DNA of 64,000 nt from positions 192,001 to 256,000 of the forward strand of contig CAXXWC010000018.1 of the NCBI GenBank assembly GCA_963668645.2, read 5' to 3'. The translations under genes and the position numbers were made by a program. The notes below the pieces were generated by a model. That model ran no database searches, was not told where the DNA came from, and saw nothing but the letters and a program-made list of their open reading frames with translations. Positions 56,528-64,000 of this stretch are shown in pieces; positions within the stretch are counted from its first letter, which is position 1; each line of letters starts with the position of its first letter. Origin of the DNA: Desulfobacterales bacterium. GTDB taxonomy: Bacteria > Desulfobacterota > Desulfobacteria > Desulfobacterales > UBA2174.

Positions 56528-57805
56528 CTAGCGGCGGTGGAAGGGGTGTTCAGCCTCGCGCAACTTGATTGCAGATTTTTTCCCTCTGGCCGCGTGGATC
56601 AGGGGTGATTCTTCCAGGCGGGTGCACAGATAAAAGTTGGCCAGCGCCAAGGCCACGAAGAGCCCCATGAACGGAAGCATGCCAGCCAGGTTCATGCCCA
56701 CAATGAAAACGATGCCCGAGATCTGCCCGCTCAAGGTGAGCATCGCCTGGGACAGCGATTCGGGGGCCGGAAAGCTGATTTCCGCTCCGTATTGGAATCC
56801 GATGGGTCCCCCGGCACCCAGAAAGAAAAAGCCGAAGATGAAGGCCGAGACCAGAAGGCCGCCGTACCCGGACAGAAAGGCGAGGCCCGCCAGTCCGGGA
56901 AGCATCCCGCCCATGCCAACTACCAGGTAGGCCTTGCGTTTACGGGCACGGTCGGAAAGCGGGGGCAGGACCAGGGCTCCGGCCACTCCGGCCACGAGGA
57001 TCAGTCCCCCCAGCACCCCGGCCTGTTCCATGGAAAGCCCCTTGGCTTGGCAGATCTGGTCGATGCAGGTGCTGATGGCGTTGAACATGCCCAGACCTGC
57101 AAAAAAGAGCAGCACCAGCAGGCGCATGTTACGGTCGCGAAACATGTGGCCGATGGCCTGAAGCATTTTGAAGCGCTTTTCTTCGGACTCGAGCGAAGGC
57201 GCCGTCTTCGGCCGTTCTCGTAAGAAGACCAGCAGGGCGACGGCGCCAGCGGCCGAAAGGCCGCCGTAAAGCCGCAGGACCTGGACGATGCTGTATCCGG
57301 GGGCCTCGCTACTGCCGATCATCAATGGGGTGGCCACCATCACCGCGATGATGCCGGCAAACTGGGCCAGGGTGGCGATGCCCACCGCCGTGGCCCGTTC
57401 GCTGATGGGGAACCAGCGCACGGCGACCTTGGTGGCGGCGTTGATGATGAATGGCTGGGCCACGGCCAGCCCGATCTGGGCGGCGACCACCAGGGCATAG
57501 TCCCGGGCGAAAATTCCCTTGACCACCCCGAACAGGCCGGTGAGCGCCGCGCCGATACCGATACCGACCCGGATGCCGAAAGTATCGATGACCCACGAGG
57601 CCGGGATACAGACCACGAGAAAAACGATCATGAAGAGCATGGAAAGAAAGTCGATCTGAAGCGGCGTGGCGTCGTAGAAGATGCGCGCCTCGCGGGCGAT
57701 GGGCGCGAAGGTCAACCACTGGATCTGGATGATGGCGGTGATGATGAAAACCACCGCAAGTACGACCCAGCGGTAGGCGTAGATCCGTATCGGCGGGGTA
57801 TCCAT
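56528..57805 (-). CDS. MFS transporter
   Basis: About 12 hydrophobic segments; YRWVVL, WFP..ERATA.G, LSDR.RKRK. Confidence 0.9.
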   Translation of the reverse strand: MDTPPIRIYAYRWVVLAVVFIITAIIQIQWLTFAPIAREARIFYDATPLQIDFLSMLFMIVFLVVCIPASWVIDTFGIRVGIGIGAALTGLFGVVKGIFARDYALVVAAQIGLAVAQPFIINAATKVAVRWFPISERATAVGIATLAQFAGIIAVMVATPLMIGSSEAPGYSIVQVLRLYGGLSAAGAVALLVFLRERPKTAPSLESEEKRFKMLQAIGHMFRDRNMRLLVLLFFAGLGMFNAISTCIDQICQAKGLSMEQAGVLGGLILVAGVAGALVLPPLSDRARKRKAYLVVGMGGMLPGLAGLAFLSGYGGLLVSAFIFGFFFLGAGGPIGFQYGAEISFPAPESLSQAMLTLSGQISGIVFIVGMNLAGMLPFMGLFVALALANFYLCTRLEESPLIHAARGKKSAIKLREAEHPFHRR

Positions 57806-57838
57806 CGTTTCGATCCTCCCTGTATCAAGCAGCGCCCG

Positions 57839-58468
57839 TCACCGGTCCGATGATGGCGGACCGGCGTCTTCGCTCCTTGCCGGCAGTGTCAACCCGCTGC
57901 GCAGCATATCGAAGATCAGCGCCACGATCTCCTCGCGATCGGCGACCCCGGCATCCCTCAGGTGAAGACTGCAGAGGCTGTCGAGCATCCCGACCACCGC
58001 CACCGCCGCCAGGTGCCGGTTCACCGGGCGCAGGTACCCTTTTTCCACCCCATCCCGGAGCTGATCGGAGACAAAGTCGACGTAGCGCCGGCGCATCCTT
58101 TCGATGTCGTCGCGCACTGCGTCGTCGATCCCGTTGGACACTTCATTGAAGACGATGCGGGCCAGATCGCTGTACTGCAGGTAGAGATCGACGTTGCACT
58201 CGATCAGCTTGTGAAAATGGACCATGAAGGGCAGATCGGAGCGCAGGTTCTCGCGGATTTTGGCGATGATCTGCTCGATTCCCTCGGTCACGGTAGCCGA
58301 AAAGAGCTTGGATTTACTCGAAAAGTTGTAATACAGCGTCCCCTTGGCAACTCCGGCGCGGGCGGCGATTTCGTCCATCCGGGCCTGGTGGAATCCTTTT
58401 TGGGAAAACACCGCCGCGGCGGCGGCAAAGATCCGCCGGCGCTTGCCGGCTTTGGCATCCGGGTTCAT
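57839..58468 (-). CDS. TetR-family regulator
   Basis: IFAAA..VFSQKGFH...MDEIA.RAGVAKGTLYYNFSSK. Confidence 0.95.
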   Translation of the reverse strand: MNPDAKAGKRRRIFAAAAAVFSQKGFHQARMDEIAARAGVAKGTLYYNFSSKSKLFSATVTEGIEQIIAKIRENLRSDLPFMVHFHKLIECNVDLYLQYSDLARIVFNEVSNGIDDAVRDDIERMRRRYVDFVSDQLRDGVEKGYLRPVNRHLAAVAVVGMLDSLCSLHLRDAGVADREEIVALIFDMLRSGLTLPARSEDAGPPSSDR

Positions 58469-59154
58469 GGTGTCTCCTTGCGGCCGGCGGAGGCCTTTTT
58501 ACGGGCGTCCTCGCGCACGGCCTCCAGCAAGGCGGCGATCGGTTCGGGGAGTACGGTCACCTCTCCCCCTGCCGCCATGGCCCGGAGGTAGACGGCGGCG
58601 GTCTTTTCCAGCAGTTCAGCGTTGAGCCAGGCTTTTTCCAGGCTTTCGCCCAGGCAGAGGGCCCCGTGGTTTTGCAGGATGTAGGCGTGGGCGCCGCTGG
58701 TTACGGCCGCCGCGACGTGGTCGACCAATTCGGAGCTGCCCGAAAGGGCGTAGGGGATTACCGCCACAAGGGGGCCGAGGCTGAGGGCGACCTCGTCGAA
58801 GAGGGCCGGAATCGGCCGGTTGAGCAGGGCGAACACGCTGGCCTCGGGCTGGTGGGTGTGCACCACGGCACCGACGTCGGGCCGCTGGCGGTAAACCGCC
58901 AGGTGCAGCCCGGCTTCCACCGAAGGCGGGTACGGACCTTCGATGGGCTGGAGGTCGAAGTCAACGATACAGATGTCCTCGGCCGCCAGGCGGTCATAGG
59001 GACGGCTGGACGGGGTGACGGCGAAAATCGCCTGGCCGTCGATGCGCACCGACACGTTTCCTCCCGTGCCGCGCAAAGCCCCGAAGTAGCCGTGGCGGCT
59101 CAGCCATGCGGTGCATTCCAGGACCTGTTTGCGGTATCGATCATATCGGCCCAT
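58465..59154 (-). CDS. Class II aldolase/adducin-family protein
   Basis: GGNVSVR, VTPS, PSVE..LH..VY..RPDV.AVVHTH, LQNHG. Confidence 0.9.
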   Translation of the reverse strand: MGRYDRYRKQVLECTAWLSRHGYFGALRGTGGNVSVRIDGQAIFAVTPSSRPYDRLAAEDICIVDFDLQPIEGPYPPSVEAGLHLAVYRQRPDVGAVVHTHQPEASVFALLNRPIPALFDEVALSLGPLVAVIPYALSGSSELVDHVAAAVTSGAHAYILQNHGALCLGESLEKAWLNAELLEKTAAVYLRAMAAGGEVTVLPEPIAALLEAVREDARKKASAGRKETP

Positions 59155-59175
59155 CTTTGGCCTTTCATTGGCAGT

Positions 59176-60803
59176 TCAGCGGCGGCCCAACCCTTGAAGA
59201 TCGCGGTTGAGGCGCCGGAAGAGGCCCTTGTTTTTGCGGTAAAGATCCTTGAACACGGCGAAGTTGCGATCGTAGAGGGACTTGAATTGCGGCCGGGGGG
59301 TATAGGTGCGCGCCACCGGCACCATCGACTTGGCTGCCGCAAAGCCGTCCACGCGCCCCAGCCCGACTGCGCAGACCAGGGCGGCGCCTTTGGCGCCCGC
59401 GTCCTGGGGGTTGGCCACGGTTTCGATCCGCCGGCCGGTGATGTCGGCCATGATCTGGCACCAGACCTCGGACTTGGCCCCGCCGCCGACGAAGCGCAGG
59501 GCATGGCGGTGCGGGATCTTTCTTTCGGCGGCTTCGAGGATCCAGCGCTTGTGAAAGGCCACCCCTTCGAGCACGGCGCGAATCATGAGCCGTTTGCCAC
59601 TGTCGATGCCCAGGTTGAAAAAGATGCCCCGGGCCAGGGCGTCCTCGCGCGGCGAGCGGTTCCCGTGCAGCCAGGGAGTAAAGATCAGGTTCCCCGCCCC
59701 GGGTGCGGTCTCTTCCACCACGTGGTTGAGCAGTTTGTAGAGCAGGGCCGTCTCTTCGGCCGGGCCGGCGGCCGGGGTCTGTTGGGCCAGATAGACGCCG
59801 ATTCCGTCCAGCGCCAGGTGGTCGCGCACCCACTTCAGGCAGGCCCCGGAGGTCTCCTGCTCGCCGATGTAGTTGTAACGCCCCGGCATGGCCCCGAGGA
59901 TCGAAGCCATGAAGTTGCCGATGTCCACCATGCGCCGGTCGACGTTGGCGGCCACCCACCCCGAAGTGCCCACATAGATGTGGGTGTCGTAAAGATCGAG
60001 GCATCCGGCGCCGATGCCGGTCATGGCCACATCCCCGCCCCCGCCGAAGACCGGCACGCCGGGGGCCAGACCCATCTGGGCAGCGGCAGCGCTGCTGAGC
60101 CGGCCTGCCACGTCGGTGGCTCCGATCACGGGAGGCAGATGGGCCATGTCCACGTCAAAGAGGCGGCAGAGTCCCGTGTGCCAGCCGAGACGGCCCGGCC
60201 GGGTGTCATAGACGAAGGTGACGTTAGCCGAATCGTGGGTCATGGCGCAGGACCCGGTGGCCCGCAGGATCAGGTAGTCCTTGACGTCGAGCCATTTTTC
60301 GGTACGGGCGAAGATCTGCGGTTCGTTGTCGCGCACCCAATGGTACTTCCACAGCGGATCCTTGGGCGAAGCGGCCAGCCCGCCGGTGACGCGCAGTGAG
60401 CGTAAGGTCTTGAGCGCATTCCAGCCCCCGATGCGCACGATCCCGCGGTAGAGGTGCCGGGCGATCTGGCGTGTGGCCCGGCCGTCGAGGTAGACCATCG
60501 GGTTGCGCAGGGCGCGGCCGGCCCGGTCGACGAGGATCGAGCCCTGCATCTGGCAGCAGAAGGCCATGGCGGCGATGCGCCCGGCCCCGATGCCGCTGCG
60601 CTCCAGCACGATGCGCGTCGAGCGGCAGATGGCTTCCCACCAGTCGTCGGCTTTTTGCTCGGCGCCGCCCTCGGCGGTGGTGAAAAGCGGATACTCGGCC
60701 ATGGCTGCGTCCACCCGGGTCAGGGTGTGGCCCAGCCGGTAGAGCCCGGTTTTGCTGCCGGTGGTGCCCACGTCATGGGCCAGGATATAGACCGGCACCG
60801 CAC

Positions 60804-60807
<4 letters not shown>
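59176..60807 (-). CDS. FGGY-family carbohydrate kinase (xylulokinase-like)
   Basis: LAHDVGTTGSK, AEQ..DDWW, GGGD...GIGAG, YVGTSGW, PWL.G.RSP, RAVLEGVA, VGGGA.S..WCQI.AD. Confidence 0.9.
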
Positions 60808-62254
<1,447 letters not shown>

Positions 62255-62300
62255 GAGCGACCTCCTCGGGATGGCAAGGGCTGTGTACGGGGCGGGGGAT

Positions 62301-62364
62301 TTGACCGATGAGTACAAAAACCGCGGCAGGGCTGTCAAGGTAAAACTGACCGGTCGGTACAAAA
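62301..62364. promoter_or_regulatory. Candidate TetR operator sites
   Basis: TGACCGATGAGTACAAAA and TGACCGGTCGGTACAAAA upstream of the operon containing the TetR gene. Confidence 0.55.
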
Positions 62365-62621
62365 CTTACTACAAGCGGCGGCCAGAGCGCCAGTTGCCGA
62401 TCACCGGATTTCTATCCGGTCGCAGAGCAGCGAAGATGGGATGTCTTTGCCGGAATGCCGGGCGGTCCGGCCTGCGGCGGGGCTGTCGGGCCGGCACGGG
62501 GATATTAACCTGTGCCGGCCGTCCCGTGGCGGTCAATGCCGCCGGGCGCCTGCGCCGGACGGTCCGGTACACAGGCCCGGTTTTGTGGCCGGATGCCTGA
62601 ATACTCCTTTGGCGCGGGTTC

Positions 62622-63140
62622 TTAGCCGTTGGCCTGCATTGCCGGTACGGTATACTGGTTCATGACCCATCCATAGCCATTTTCCGGGGTGCGCACGTAG
62701 TACCAGCCCGGAACACTGCCGTAGACCGAAAGCGGCGTTCCAGCGGCGAGCTGGTGCATGGAAGGGTCGGTGAGGCTCGGTCCTGAACGCAGATTGAGCA
62801 GGGCAGCCGTTACCACCACCGTGCTTGTAACGGCAATGCGATTTGGCCCCGCGGCAACGGAGGGCGCGCTCATGACCACCACTGGTGTGTTTGCAGGCGG
62901 GGGAGGAGCGCTGGGGGCGTTGTTGATTGCGCTCAAGGTCATCCCGGCGAGCACGACCGTGGTCAGAATTGCCGGCAGCAGCAGCCAGCCGTCGCCTCCG
63001 TGGACATGGTGGTGCCCGCCGCCGTGAAACGGTCTCGGAGGTCTGCAGAAGGCCGGGGTGGAGAAAACGGTCAGGGAAAATACCAGGGCGACCAGCGCCG
63101 TTGTGATCCTTTTGGATGTATTGCGAGTCAATATGGTCAT
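62622..63140 (-). CDS. Secreted or membrane protein with C-terminal bacterial SH3 domain
   Basis: RBS GGAGG; signal peptide; His/Gly stretch; hydrophobic segment; Pro linker; LNLRSGPS...GWYYV..GWV. Confidence 0.8.
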   Translation of the reverse strand: MTILTRNTSKRITTALVALVFSLTVFSTPAFCRPPRPFHGGGHHHVHGGDGWLLLPAILTTVVLAGMTLSAINNAPSAPPPPANTPVVVMSAPSVAAGPNRIAVTSTVVVTAALLNLRSGPSLTDPSMHQLAAGTPLSVYGSVPGWYYVRTPENGYGWVMNQYTVPAMQANG

Positions 63141-63370
63141 GGCAACCTCCTGAATGTATCATGGGCATCCATTTGCTGTGGAGCATGATTATCCATAGAG
63201 TCGTTGGGCCGCCTCGAACGGTTACACCCTGGGTTCGGGGAGTATCCTGGAAAACACCGGCAACCCGGGCCTGCAGGGAGGCCGATATGAGGCTCAACTT
63301 TACTGGAGATCTCTTTGAAGCGCAACACAGTGGAACGCAATGCCTTTTTGCCGCCGCGGCCTCGGAAAAC

Positions 63371-63398
63371 TTGACGTAACTGACGGTTCGGGTATAAA
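63371..63398 (+). promoter_or_regulatory. Sigma70-type promoter for the tandem riboswitch leader
   Basis: TTGACG-16 nt-TATAAA. Confidence 0.6.
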
Positions 63399-63411
63399 AG
63401 GAGCCAAAATG

Positions 63412-63584
63412 CTTGCCCGGGTGCGCGCATTGCGCTTAAAAGGGAACCCCGTTGGAATCGGGGACGGGCCCGCCGCTGTGATCGGGGACGAAAGCTGCAC
63501 TGAAGCCACTGCACTGCCATTGAGCGGAGCGGGAAGGCGCGGCCGGTAGAAGGATCCGAGAGTCAGAAGACCTGCCGGGGCAAG
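63412..63584 (+). ncRNA. Cobalamin riboswitch (tandem copy 1)
   Basis: AAAAGGGAA, CCCGCCGCTGTGA, GCCACTG, GGGAAGG, AGTCAGAAGACCTGCC; closing stem CTTGCCC/GGGCAAG. Confidence 0.95.
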
Positions 63585-63639
63585 TGGTGGCTGGGCGTGG
63601 AATCCGTTTAGCCGCCGGATCGCGTGGATCAAACAGGGC

Positions 63640-63675
63640 ATCCCGGATCGAAGCTTTTCGATCCGGGATTTTTTG
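63640..63675 (+). terminator. Intrinsic terminator between the tandem riboswitches
   Basis: 13-bp stem ATCCCGGATCGAA/TTCGATCCGGGAT followed by a T run. Confidence 0.85.
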
Positions 63676-63699
63676 TTCTTTGCCAACCTGTCGATTTTA

Positions 63700-63872
63700 G
63701 TGTTCGGGTGCTCGCTTGCGAGCTTGAAAGGGAACCTCGTATGAATCGGGGACGGGCCCGCCGCTGTGATCGGGGACGAAAGCTGCATTGAAGCCACTGC
63801 GCCGCGCGAGACGCGGCGTGGGAAGGCGCAGCCGGTAGAGCGATCCGAGAGTCAGAAGACCTGCCCGAACGC
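63700..63872 (+). ncRNA. Cobalamin riboswitch (tandem copy 2)
   Basis: Same conserved boxes in order; closing stem GTGTTCGG/CCGAACGC. Confidence 0.95.
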
Positions 63873-64000
63873 ACTGATGCGTGCTGCCGAGGCAGGGGTG
63901 CGCGTTTTTGATCTGCGGATGAAAAGGGGACGTCCCGGATCGCGACCGGTGGCCGCGGCTTCGGGGTACGACCCGGACCGCTGCCGCCCTCATGCTCAAC

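Overview
GC-rich bacterial window; gene content (ahbB, deltaproteobacterial-type gspN/gspC, Zur-like box) points to Desulfobacterota. Bases 1-45.5 kb are a type II secretion locus (gspF divergent from cohesin-gspN-gspC) packed with secreted cohesin/dockerin-like proteins in which I recognise no glycoside hydrolase domain. The main finding is two parallel scaffold operons built on one plan but with different interaction modules. The plan is a scaffold (cohesin, Ig, Ca-binding linker, module Y, dockerin-like Y), then a free module-Y protein, then a surface anchor with module Y and a GGGG(x)CFID-TM tail. One operon (0.75-24.4 kb) lies behind a cobalamin riboswitch, carries three dockerin-tagged beta-propellers, two apparent cross-system adaptors and btuB, and is bracketed by a repeated palindromic site. 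I infer a cellulosome-like, possibly self-polymerising surface complex for corrinoid/cobalt capture; the module pairings and the function are inference. The rest holds three toxin-antitoxin pairs, ade, mtnA, ahbB, a B12-binding radical SAM gene, znuACB-zur, a TetR-linked aminotransferase/kinase/aldolase/MFS operon and tandem cobalamin riboswitches at the right edge. Domain calls come from motif recognition by eye, not database searches.
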